In this document: piece by piece, positions 39,590 through 49,107 of the stretch
Numbering within the stretch: position 1 is the stretch's first letter
Layout: each line of letters starts with the position of its first letter
The notes under the pieces: generated by a model
What the model was told of the DNA's origin: nothing
Database searches by the model: none
Seen by the model: only the letters and a program-made list of their open reading frames with translations
Assembly (NCBI GenBank): GCA_963663805.2
Contig: CAXXMR010000031.1
Span: 21,716-85,715, forward strand
Origin: Sedimentisphaerales bacterium
GTDB taxonomy: Bacteria > Planctomycetota > Phycisphaerae > Sedimentisphaerales > SM23-30
Length of the DNA: 64,000 nt
Reading direction: 5' to 3'
Position numbers and translations under genes: made by a program

Positions 39590-42500
39590 ATGAAAAACCT
39601 GCTATGCAACCTGGTATTGATTATGGCGGCCGCGGGCCTTGCGGCAACATCAGCATCAGCGGCGGTTTCCGGCGATTACAGATATACCGACAACGGTGAC
39701 GGTACCTGTACGATCACCGGCTATACCGGTTACGGCGGCGATATAACCATCCCGGATTATCTGGCGGATCTTACCGTTGTTGCCATCGGGAACTATGCGT
39801 TTGTACGGTACGATAGCCTGACCGGCGTGACCATACCCGACAGCGTCACCACCGTCGGGATCCAAGCATTCGCAGGCTGCAACAGCCTGACCAGCGTAAC
39901 CATACCTGACAGCGTTACCACCATCGAAGACGGGGCGTTTTATTACTGTGCCAGCCTGACCGGCGTGACTATACCGGACAGTATCACCACCATCGCAGAT
40001 AATGCGTTTGCACGGTGCAACAGCCTTACCAGTATTACGGTAGATCCGGCCAATAACGCCTATTGCGATATTGACGGGGTATTGTTCAACAAAAGTCAAA
40101 CTACGCTTATCCAGTACCCAGGCGGCAAAAGCGGTGACTATTCAATTCCCAATAGCGTTATCACCATCGGAGACGGGGCGTTCTGTGACTGCGACAGCCT
40201 GACCGGTGTGATCATACCTGACAGCGTTACTACCATCGGAGACGGGGCGTTCTGTGACTGCAACAGCCTAACCGGTGTGATCATACCTGACAGCGTCACC
40301 ACTATTGGGAGCTGGGCGTTTGACTATTGCGACAGCCTGACCGACGTGACCATACCCAACAGCGTCACCACCATCGGGAACTATGCGTTCCGTTACTGCG
40401 GCAGCCTGACCGGCGTGACCATACCCGACGGCGTTACTACCATCGGAAACGGGGCGTTCCGTGGCTGCGACAGCCTAACCGGCACGACCATACCTGACAG
40501 CGTCATCACTATCGGGAACTATGCATTCTCATCCTGCGACAACCTGACCAGTGTGACCATCGGTAACGGGGTCACCACCATCGGGGACGAGGCGTTCTAT
40601 AGCTGTACCAGCCTGACCGGCGTGACCATTGGCAACAGCGTTACCACCATTGGGGATGAAGCATTCGATGAATGCAACAGCCTGGCTGGTGTTTATTTTA
40701 GGGGTGATTGTCCGGCATCTGTCGGCATTGATGTATTTTACCTCTATTCCTATGCTACGGCTTATTATATTGCCGGCACAAGCGGCTGGGACAATGAGTT
40801 CGCAGGTCAACCTACGGCGACATGGACAGCGGAAATAGATGACTATTACTACAGAAGCAATGGTGATGAAACATGCATACTGATCGGTTATACCGGGCCC
40901 GGCGGTAATATAACCATCCCGGATTCGCTAGCGGGCCTTACCGTAACCATCATCGAGGACTATGCGTTCTGTCACTGCAATAACCTGACCGGCGTAACTA
41001 TACCAGACAGCGTCATTACCATCGGAAACGAGGTGTTTGAATACTGCGACAGCATGACCAGTGTGACTATTGGCAACAGCGTCACCACTATCGGGGACCG
41101 GGTGTTCTATAACTGCGTCAGCCTAACCGCTGTGACCATCGGCAACAGCGTCATTACTATCGGAAACTCGGCGTTTGAATACTGCGACAGCATGACCAGT
41201 GTGACTATCGGCAACAGCGTCACCACTATCGGAAACCGGACGTTCTCTGACTGCGACAACTTGACCGGCGTAACTATACCCGACAGCGTCACCACTATCG
41301 GAAACCGGGCATTCTATAACTGCGATAGCCTGGCCAGTGTGACCATACCCAACAGTGTCACCACCATCGAGGACTCGGCGTTCTATAACTGCGACAGTCT
41401 GACCGGTGTAATCATACCCGACAGCGTCACAGCCATCGGGGATGCGGCATTCTCTAACTGTGAAAGCCTGACTGGCATCACGGTCGATCCGGACAATAGC
41501 GGCTATTGCGATATTGACGGAGTCTTGTTTAATAAACGCCAAAACACGCTTATTCAATATCCAGGCAGCAAGAGCGGCGACTATTCAATTCCCGACAGTG
41601 TCATTACCATTGGGGACTGGGCGTTCTCTTACTGCGTCAGCCTGACCGGCGTAACCATACCGGACAGCGTCACCACCACCGGGGACGAGGTGTTCCGTAA
41701 CTGCGACAGCCTGGCCAGTGTGACTATCGGTAACAGCGTCACTACCATCGGAGACTATGTGTTCTATAGCTGCGACAATCTGACCGGTGTTTATTTCAGG
41801 GGTGATTGCCCGGCATCTGTCGGCAGTAATGTGTTTAGTTACTCCGATGATCCTACGGTTTATTATATGGCCGGCACCAGCGGCTGGGGCAGCTACTTTG
41901 CCGGAAGGCCTACGGCAGTCTGGCCGGCTTCGATGGGGATGACAGGAAACCTGGCTGTAGATATGGAGATCGATGAGGTCGGGGGTTTGGATGTTCTGGA
42001 AATAGATGTCTTTGCCGTAAGCAAAGCTGTCGACTGGACGATCAGCGGTCAGGATGGCTGCTCGTGGATCACCGACGTCAGCCCGGATACGGGCAGCTCA
42101 ACCGGACCGGCGGATATTACGGCCGTCCAGATCACGATCGATACGGCCGGGCTGGCTGTGGCTGATCATACGCACAGCCTGACACTTTCGGTCGATGATG
42201 GATATTGGCTGCCATTATCCATAGAACTGCATGTTTACAATCCTATGGATATGGAGGAACTCGCGATCCTCGCCGCTTACTGGGGCGACAGCGGCTGCGC
42301 CGATGAAATGAGTCTCTGTTATGAGGCGGATTTCTATAGGGACGGCGTAATTGATGCGCTTGACCTTATGCAGCTGGCACTCAGTTGGCTGGGCGAGGAG
42401 ATGATATATGGCAGTAACTGGACGGATTATCTGGAAGATTTCAGCGGCGGTAGTCTGCCGGTTGACAGCTGGAGTTACAGTTCGACTGCCTATGGTCGAA

Positions 42501-42892
42501 TAGAGGTGATCGGTGAACGGATGAGAATGGATTGCTCTGCCTATTCGCTGAACGAGGCGATACTGCATCTTGACCTGGAAGGCCAAAGCGAGGTCATGCT
42601 GTCTTTCTGGCAGAGGGAATCAGGTGATGAGATCCATTCGTTGCCAACCACATTTAGCGGTTCATACAATGGCGATGGAGTTGCGGTCAGTCCTGATGGA
42701 GTCAACTGGACGACGGTCGTTAACGCATCGGCTCTGGATGTGGGCACAACCGGCCAAACCTTTGTTGTCGATCTCGACGCCCTCGGCCTGGAATACACGT
42801 CTGACTTCCAGATCAAGTTCCAGCAGTATGATAATTACACCTGGAGCAGCGACGGCCGTGAATGGGATAATATACAAATCTATAAGGAGTAA
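39590..42892 (+). CDS. BspA-like leucine-rich-repeat surface protein with dockerin-like motif
   Basis: Signal peptide; many 23-aa repeats LTGVTIPDSVTTIGxxAFxxC; ADFYRDGVIDALDL dockerin-like segment; RBS ggaga. Confidence 0.9.
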   Translation: MKNLLCNLVLIMAAAGLAATSASAAVSGDYRYTDNGDGTCTITGYTGYGGDITIPDYLADLTVVAIGNYAFVRYDSLTGVTIPDSVTTVGIQAFAGCNSLTSVTIPDSVTTIEDGAFYYCASLTGVTIPDSITTIADNAFARCNSLTSITVDPANNAYCDIDGVLFNKSQTTLIQYPGGKSGDYSIPNSVITIGDGAFCDCDSLTGVIIPDSVTTIGDGAFCDCNSLTGVIIPDSVTTIGSWAFDYCDSLTDVTIPNSVTTIGNYAFRYCGSLTGVTIPDGVTTIGNGAFRGCDSLTGTTIPDSVITIGNYAFSSCDNLTSVTIGNGVTTIGDEAFYSCTSLTGVTIGNSVTTIGDEAFDECNSLAGVYFRGDCPASVGIDVFYLYSYATAYYIAGTSGWDNEFAGQPTATWTAEIDDYYYRSNGDETCILIGYTGPGGNITIPDSLAGLTVTIIEDYAFCHCNNLTGVTIPDSVITIGNEVFEYCDSMTSVTIGNSVTTIGDRVFYNCVSLTAVTIGNSVITIGNSAFEYCDSMTSVTIGNSVTTIGNRTFSDCDNLTGVTIPDSVTTIGNRAFYNCDSLASVTIPNSVTTIEDSAFYNCDSLTGVIIPDSVTAIGDAAFSNCESLTGITVDPDNSGYCDIDGVLFNKRQNTLIQYPGSKSGDYSIPDSVITIGDWAFSYCVSLTGVTIPDSVTTTGDEVFRNCDSLASVTIGNSVTTIGDYVFYSCDNLTGVYFRGDCPASVGSNVFSYSDDPTVYYMAGTSGWGSYFAGRPTAVWPASMGMTGNLAVDMEIDEVGGLDVLEIDVFAVSKAVDWTISGQDGCSWITDVSPDTGSSTGPADITAVQITIDTAGLAVADHTHSLTLSVDDGYWLPLSIELHVYNPMDMEELAILAAYWGDSGCADEMSLCYEADFYRDGVIDALDLMQLALSWLGEEMIYGSNWTDYLEDFSGGSLPVDSWSYSSTAYGRIEVIGERMRMDCSAYSLNEAILHLDLEGQSEVMLSFWQRESGDEIHSLPTTFSGSYNGDGVAVSPDGVNWTTVVNASALDVGTTGQTFVVDLDALGLEYTSDFQIKFQQYDNYTWSSDGREWDNIQIYKE

Positions 42893-42972
42893 TAGGGAAA
42901 CAAAACGTTGTTCGGTATTTTTACGAGAATAAGAAAACCGGCTGAGCCTCTGACCAGTTGAAATTTTATCAA

Positions 42973-42989
42973 TGCCGTTCACTTCTGCC
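42973..42989 (+). repeat. 17-bp exact direct repeat, right copy
   Basis: tgccgttcacttctgcc. Confidence 0.85.
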
Positions 42990-43092
42990 TTTTAGTATCA
43001 AAAACCACTATCCAGGTTTAAATCTGGCCCAATCAGCCTTACTGACACTAATATCAAGGTTTCGGAGAATAAACGTTAAGCTGCAACGCCTT

Positions 43093-43260
43093 GATTCAGC
43101 GTGAAACACCCCGATTCAGGCTGAAACATCGTGATTCAGTGTGAAACGTTCTGATTCAGACTGAAACGCCGTAACTCAGCGTGAAATGCTCTGATGCAGG
43201 CTGAAACGTCGTGATTCAGCCTGAAATGGCCCGGTTCACGCTGAAACAGAACGATTCCAG
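43093..43260. repeat. Non-coding tandem array, 20-bp period, about 8 units
   Basis: Consensus GATTCAGnnTGAAAYnnnnn at 43093, 43113, 43133, 43153, 43173, 43193, 43213, 43233. Confidence 0.9.
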
Positions 43261-43265
43261 TTTGA

Positions 43266-43370
43266 TTTGCTCCAAAGTCAATTTACTTTGTTCCAATGTC
43301 AATTGGTTTTGCCCTGAGGTAAGTTTACTTTGGGGCAATGTAAATCTGCATTGGGCCGGGGTGCGTCTGC
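43266..43370. repeat. Degenerate tandem array, 21-bp period, 4-5 units
   Basis: tttgctccaaagtcaatttac / tttgttccaatgtcaattggt / tttgccctgaggtaagtttac / tttggggcaatgtaaatctgc. Confidence 0.65.
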
Positions 43371-43547
43371 GGAGTTCCCATGCAAGTTGAATTTGCCTTG
43401 CTGTCGGTCTGCATTATAAGGATGCAGGGGAGATTCGGTCCGACATAAACCAATTAATGCTTAAAGCGGACTGATTATTCGGTCAGGTCAAGGTTGAAAG
43501 GCTCAGGAAAGGCAAGCCGGGGTTCTCTGCTGGTTTACGGATAAACT

Positions 43548-44840
43548 TTATTCATGCCGCAATGATTCTATCGGGTCCATATTGGCTGCCCGGCTGGCTG
43601 GATAAATGCCAAACGTTACGCCGACCGCTGCGGAGATACCGAAACTTAGTATCAGCGAGGAGCCGGTAACCACCGTCGGCATACCAAAGAATCGCTCAAC
43701 CAGTATCGGGATGATGAGACCCATGATGATACCAAAGATACCGCCGGCGACGGTGAGCATAACGGTTTCAGAAAGGAACTGGATGATAATGTCTCGCCGC
43801 GTAGCGCCCAGGGCCCGGCGGATACCGATTTCCCGCGTGCGTTCGCTGACCGTAGCCAGCATGATATTCATAATGCCGATGCCGCCGACCAACAGGGATA
43901 TCGCCGCGATCGAACCGAGCACGATACTGAAGATACGCTTGGTACGGGCCGCCTGACGCAGCAGCTCCAGCGGTACGGTTATCTGATAATCTTTCTTTTT
44001 ATGCGTTCGCGAGAGTAAACTATCGAGGATGTCGCGGGTGGGCAGGACCTGTTCGATGTCGGGCACCTTCACGGTGATTTCCTGAAGCTCGACGATTTCC
44101 ACCTGGGCCCCACTGCCGCCGAGCTGGACTTTGGTATCGCCGAACCGGGCTTTGATGGTATTAAGCGGGATATAAATCGTGCCGGAAACCCCACCGTTAC
44201 TTGCCCCGGAGCTATCCTGTTTGATCTCACCGGTATTGGCCTGAGCCGCGGTCGAAACCACTCCAATCACCCGATAATGGTCGGTGCGAATCTTGACGAA
44301 CTGGCCCAGCGGGTCATCGAAGCCGAACAATTTATCCAGCATGGATTCATCCAGCACACAAACGCCCTGCTGATACTGCAAGTCCTGCTGGTTGAGGAAT
44401 CTTCCATAAAGCAGCCTGACCGGGGCGATGTCGGTATACCACGGTACAGTGCCGATAATCTCGGCGGTGACTTTACGATTGCGATACCAGGCCGTCTCAT
44501 TGAACCGGCGGGAGGGCACAACCACCTCGGCGTAAGGCAGCGTATTATAGAACCGTTCGGCATCATCATAAGTCAGCCCGTAAACCTGAGCTGAAGTAGT
44601 ATCGCCCGAAGCCTTGTCCTCTTCCGGCGGCTTGACGGTTTTAATAATGATATTCGTACTGCCCAGCCGGGCAATCTGCTCCTGAGCTTCCTGGCTGGCA
44701 CCTTCGCCAATCGCCAGCATCGCGATAACCGAACATACGCCGAAGATAATACCCAGCGCCGTAAGAATCGAGCGCAGCCGATGCATCCAGATGCTTTTGG
44801 CTCCCAGCCTGATGATTCTTTTGACGCGAAACAGCAGCAT
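43548..44840 (-). CDS. MacB-family ABC transporter permease
   Basis: LRSILTALGIIFGVCSVIAM, ISLLVGGIGIMNIML..VSERTREIGIRRALGA, FGIYPA.RAA.MDPIESLR. Confidence 0.92.
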   Translation of the reverse strand: MLLFRVKRIIRLGAKSIWMHRLRSILTALGIIFGVCSVIAMLAIGEGASQEAQEQIARLGSTNIIIKTVKPPEEDKASGDTTSAQVYGLTYDDAERFYNTLPYAEVVVPSRRFNETAWYRNRKVTAEIIGTVPWYTDIAPVRLLYGRFLNQQDLQYQQGVCVLDESMLDKLFGFDDPLGQFVKIRTDHYRVIGVVSTAAQANTGEIKQDSSGASNGGVSGTIYIPLNTIKARFGDTKVQLGGSGAQVEIVELQEITVKVPDIEQVLPTRDILDSLLSRTHKKKDYQITVPLELLRQAARTKRIFSIVLGSIAAISLLVGGIGIMNIMLATVSERTREIGIRRALGATRRDIIIQFLSETVMLTVAGGIFGIIMGLIIPILVERFFGMPTVVTGSSLILSFGISAAVGVTFGIYPASRAANMDPIESLRHE

Positions 44841-44843
44841 ATA

Positions 44844-45530
44844 TTAACGTCCGTGATTTTCAATTCGCTCCACCCGCCCATCGAGCAGGTGAATAGTTTT
44901 CTGAGACCGACCAGCTACCGCCGGGTCGTGAGTTACCATTACCAGAGTCTTACCCTGTTGATGCAGGTTATCCAGCAGTTTGAGAATATCCGCCCCACTT
45001 TGCGAATCCAGATTGCCCGTCGGTTCATCCGCCAGAATCATCAGCGGGTCATTTGCCAGAGCCCGGGCAATCGCCACCCGCTGCTGCTGTCCGCCGGAAA
45101 GCTCGGTGGGCCGATGCTTGAGCCGATGCCCCAGTCCGACCATCTCCGCCAGCTCGCAGGCCCGGTCATAACTTTCCTTCTCACTGATGCTCTGATAGAA
45201 CATCGGCACCTCGATATTTTCGATAATATTCAACTGGGCAATCAGATTATACGATTGAAAAATAAACCCGATACGCTGCCCGCGAATCCGTGAGAGCTCA
45301 TCGTCGGGCATCTGCGATACATCCTGGTCGCCCAGCATATATTTGCCGCTGGTGGGCCGATCCAGACAGCCCAGCAGATTAAGCAAAGTCGATTTACCCG
45401 AACCCGACGGCCCCATAATCGCAACGTAGGTGCCCGGCTCGAAGGTCAGGTCAATATCATGCAGCACGGGCAATGGGGTATTGCCCAGCATATAAGATTT
45501 ACAAAGTTTTTCGGTAATGATTATCGACAT
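44844..45530 (-). CDS. ABC transporter ATP-binding protein (MacB/LolD-like)
   Basis: [39 protein letters not shown]. Confidence 0.95.
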   Translation of the reverse strand: MSIIITEKLCKSYMLGNTPLPVLHDIDLTFEPGTYVAIMGPSGSGKSTLLNLLGCLDRPTSGKYMLGDQDVSQMPDDELSRIRGQRIGFIFQSYNLIAQLNIIENIEVPMFYQSISEKESYDRACELAEMVGLGHRLKHRPTELSGGQQQRVAIARALANDPLMILADEPTGNLDSQSGADILKLLDNLHQQGKTLVMVTHDPAVAGRSQKTIHLLDGRVERIENHGR

Positions 45531-45539
45531 AATATCGTA

Positions 45540-47390
45540 TCAGGAATCCCCTCTGTCAGGTCGCCGCGAAGCACCGTCGGTTCCGCCTTGCTCAGGTCGC
45601 TGCGGACGGTCGCCGCGGTTGGGTCTTTCGCCCGGAGTTGAGCTGCCCCGGTTGGGTCGTTCACCCGGTGTAAAATCTCCCCGGTTAGACCTTTCGCCCA
45701 TACCAGGTTGACCTTGCGGCATGTCAGACTTGTCCCTTTCCGCCCCGGAAGCCTCTTCCGGTTTTTTGTCAGAAACAGGGATTTTATCCGTGGCCGGGCC
45801 AAACTGATTTTGTCCGCCGATTACCCGCGGTGGAGCCAGCGAGACTTCTTCGCCTGCCTGCACACCCTCAAGCACCTGCACCAGTGAATCATTGAACGAA
45901 CCGGTCTTGATTGTTCGTGCCTCCAGACCGCCGTTTTTGGCGACATAGCATATCTTCTCGCCCCCGCGATTGACTATCGACTGGACCGGAATACACAAAA
46001 CCTTCGCAATTTCTTCAACGATAACTTCCACCCGGGCCGACATGCCCGGCTTGAGAAAATCATGCGAGCCTTCGATATGCACTTCTGTTTTATAGACTTT
46101 CAGGTCTGGATTCATAAAGAAATTCGCCTGGTCCGGCACGGGAGCGACTTTAGTGACTGTCCCATAAAGTCTCTTCTCCGGAAAAGCATCTACGGTAATG
46201 ACCGCCGACTGACCGGGCCGCACTTTGTCAACCGATGCTTCGTGAACCTTGATTTCCACCGCCATCTCGGAAGTGTTGGGTATCGACAGAATTTTCTGGC
46301 GTTCGTTTACAGTTGTACCTACTTCGATTACACTGTCACTGCCCCAACGCCGCTGCTCCACGGTATAAACCACCAGCCCCTCACTGGGCGCCCGCATTAT
46401 GCACGCTTCCAGCTGGGTCCGCAACTTAGACAACTGTTCTTCCTGCAAATTCAACTTGGCCTGCTGACTCTGCAAACCTGCCTGACGCTGAGCCATTTTG
46501 GAACGGGCACTGGCCTGAGTTCGTTCCAGCTCCCGCTGAGCCTCAAAATAATCGCTACGCAGCTTCTGAATTTCCTTCGGGAAATTATATTTCAAAAATA
46601 AAGTTAATGAGGTTTCGGCTTGTTCCACCTGAACCTGCCGACGCTTGACCAGCAACTGGTCGCTGTCCAGTTCCGTACGCGGCACAAAATCCTTATCGAA
46701 CAACTGCCTGGTCCAGTCCAGGGTTGTCTGGGCCTGAGACAATTCTTCTCGCGCCAAATCAATATCGCTTTGCAGCTTGCGGACATCCTGCAAGGCCTCG
46801 CCGCCCAGTTCCGCATCCGAGCTTAACGACGCAAAATTGAAATCAGGATTATCTTTCAGCTGCTCAAAAAGTTTGGCCACGACTTTCTCGCCCAGATATT
46901 TCTCCAGGTCCATCCAGGCGAATTTAAGATTCAGTTCCGATTGAGCAATGTCCGATTCGTTTTGCTTTTCCTGAATGTCATACGATTCACGAGCTTCGAT
47001 AAAACTCGCCTGAGCGCTGGCCACCTGAATTTCCTGATTGTTCAGTTTTTCCTTGATGCTCGAGGAGTCCAGCTCAACCAGAATACGGCCATCTTCCACA
47101 TCTTTAGCGGTAAGATAAGTTCCGTCCGGAATGATACTGATTATGGTATTGCGGCCTTCAACCTGCGAAATAATATCGACCGCGTTGGGTGCTTTGATGT
47201 CGCCGCTTTCGGTCACCGTCACCCGCAGGTCACGCACCACCGCTTCATAAGTTGTGCCAGCCGTTACGGTGGTTTTTTCGCCGGAACCGCTCGCGAAGAT
47301 TATTAGCAAAACAATCACCAGCACCAGCACAGCTAGTGAACCGAGCAGTGTCAGCTTCTTTTTCGGATTGTTATTCTTTTTTACTGTCAT
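45540..47390 (-). CDS. Efflux periplasmic adaptor (MFP) with long coiled coil
   Basis: N-terminal TM, IMRAP.EGLVVY, VHE..V.KV..GQ, LKPGMSA, GERPNRG repeats in tail; ATG overlaps the tolC-like TGA. Confidence 0.85.
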   Translation of the reverse strand: MTVKKNNNPKKKLTLLGSLAVLVLVIVLLIIFASGSGEKTTVTAGTTYEAVVRDLRVTVTESGDIKAPNAVDIISQVEGRNTIISIIPDGTYLTAKDVEDGRILVELDSSSIKEKLNNQEIQVASAQASFIEARESYDIQEKQNESDIAQSELNLKFAWMDLEKYLGEKVVAKLFEQLKDNPDFNFASLSSDAELGGEALQDVRKLQSDIDLAREELSQAQTTLDWTRQLFDKDFVPRTELDSDQLLVKRRQVQVEQAETSLTLFLKYNFPKEIQKLRSDYFEAQRELERTQASARSKMAQRQAGLQSQQAKLNLQEEQLSKLRTQLEACIMRAPSEGLVVYTVEQRRWGSDSVIEVGTTVNERQKILSIPNTSEMAVEIKVHEASVDKVRPGQSAVITVDAFPEKRLYGTVTKVAPVPDQANFFMNPDLKVYKTEVHIEGSHDFLKPGMSARVEVIVEEIAKVLCIPVQSIVNRGGEKICYVAKNGGLEARTIKTGSFNDSLVQVLEGVQAGEEVSLAPPRVIGGQNQFGPATDKIPVSDKKPEEASGAERDKSDMPQGQPGMGERSNRGDFTPGERPNRGSSTPGERPNRGDRPQRPEQGGTDGASRRPDRGDS

Positions 47391-49000
47391 TGAAGTTTCT
47401 CCCAAAGCCCGTCGGGCTTGACCTGGAGTATGCCGACGTCTCTGTAGAATCGTAAGGTTGCCAGAGTATGGTCTATCAGGGCCGCCGTGCGCGAGTTCTG
47501 GGCAGTCAACAAGTCAGACTGAGCATCCAGAACATCGCGGGTATCAACCCGGCCCGCCTTTAACTGTAACGTGGTATTCTCGACCCGGCTTTTGGCAAGT
47601 TCCAGACTTTGCACCTGAATCTTGTAACGAGCCGAGGCTTCACGCAAATCCCGAAAAGCCTGACGAATATCCAGTTTGACATTGTCTAACGCCAGTGCAT
47701 AGTCGCGTTCCCGACGTGTGTATGTTATCAGGGACCGGCGATAGGCATTGCGTTCCGAAGTGCGTTCCAGCGGCAGTTCCACGTCGAAACCAATCGAATA
47801 ACGGTCATCACGATATTTTAATTGAGAAAAATTACTTTGGTCGTCCGTGTCAATCGCGGCGGTGCCTACCAGGTCCAGCCGGGCTCCCAGGCCATCCGCG
47901 GCGACATCCACTTTACGCCGGGCATCTTCAACCCGGTCAGCCGAGCTGGCCAGGTCCAGACGCTGACTTAAACCGACGTCGAACGCTTCTTCCTCAGTAA
48001 AGTTCGGCTCAGCGATACTGAGCATCTCCAAAGCCTTTAATTCGTTGGGGTCCAGCGTGATTTTAATATCGGTGGGCAACGCCAGCGTGATTTTGAAACG
48101 ATCCAGAGTCTGTTCATAACTCTGCTGGGCCTGCACATAACGGTCGCGGGCTTCCAGCGTGCGTTGCTGGGCCTGGCCGACCTGAATTTTGGGGATACGT
48201 CCAGCCTCAGCGTGATTCTCGATATAATCCTGGCTGAACTGGAGATTGGATAAATTATTGTACGCGTTAGCAACAGAATCCTGGGCCTGAAGCACCCGGA
48301 AATAATCATTTACGATTGATACCACAAAGGTTTTGCGATAGCGGCCAAAAGTCCGCATCTGATAAACCGTGTCCCGCTCGGCCTGAGTCAGATTTTCCAG
48401 AACCACCTTGCGACCACGGCCAGCCAGTAAAGGCTGAGTAATCGTCGCGGTCAGCACCGAAGCCATTGAAGTAGCTGGGTCGCCGGTTAAATACCGCAGC
48501 CAGTCATGAGCAACCGAAACTCCCACCCGGGCTCCGTCGGCCAAAAGCATATTGAAGCCCGCCGAAGAATCAAAACCTAAAGTGTCGCCATCACCGCTGC
48601 CGTCGAAATCATAGTCACCCCCGAATATGCCAAACAATTGAGGGGCAAACTGGTTACGAGCCAAAGTCAAATCCAGAGCCTGAAGGTATAGATTCTCCTT
48701 TTGACTCTGGTAGTCCCGGTTAGCTGCCGTCGCGATCGCCACCGCGTCCGCGAGCTTCAACATCCTTGAGGGGGGCAGTTCTATCTGACCCGACAAATCA
48801 TTCGGGTCCGGTTGAACATCCGAAATCCGCGAATTGGCAATCGGCCCAAACTGCTCGGCCCATTTACTCTTGATTATCGAATCAACTTCGCGGTCAGCGT
48901 CTTGCTTGTAATGGTCCCGCGAGCACCCCCCCGCCAGAAACATTGCCAGGATAACGATTGCGAAAAAATAGATAAAACTTGGGCATACCTTTGTGCGCAT
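47387..49000 (-). CDS. TolC-family outer membrane efflux lipoprotein
   Basis: Lipobox LAGGC, ITQPLL, VELPLER, DVLDAQ..L..AQ. Confidence 0.85.
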   Translation of the reverse strand: MRTKVCPSFIYFFAIVILAMFLAGGCSRDHYKQDADREVDSIIKSKWAEQFGPIANSRISDVQPDPNDLSGQIELPPSRMLKLADAVAIATAANRDYQSQKENLYLQALDLTLARNQFAPQLFGIFGGDYDFDGSGDGDTLGFDSSAGFNMLLADGARVGVSVAHDWLRYLTGDPATSMASVLTATITQPLLAGRGRKVVLENLTQAERDTVYQMRTFGRYRKTFVVSIVNDYFRVLQAQDSVANAYNNLSNLQFSQDYIENHAEAGRIPKIQVGQAQQRTLEARDRYVQAQQSYEQTLDRFKITLALPTDIKITLDPNELKALEMLSIAEPNFTEEEAFDVGLSQRLDLASSADRVEDARRKVDVAADGLGARLDLVGTAAIDTDDQSNFSQLKYRDDRYSIGFDVELPLERTSERNAYRRSLITYTRRERDYALALDNVKLDIRQAFRDLREASARYKIQVQSLELAKSRVENTTLQLKAGRVDTRDVLDAQSDLLTAQNSRTAALIDHTLATLRFYRDVGILQVKPDGLWEKLQ

Positions 49001-49107
49001 AAACAAAAAAACACCTCGCGCTTGTAACTAACTAAGCACCTGCACACTGCACAATATACCCGACCCGCACATCTGTCCGGTTAACCCCATGTAAGCCATT
49101 TGGCAAG

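Noticed and set aside
39590..42892. Possible diversity-generating retroelement target
   Set aside because: No reverse transcriptase and no separate template repeat with adenine-specific differences seen
43093..43370. Possible CRISPR array
   Set aside because: Periods of 20-21 bp with variable parts of 2-5 nt, and no cas genes in the window
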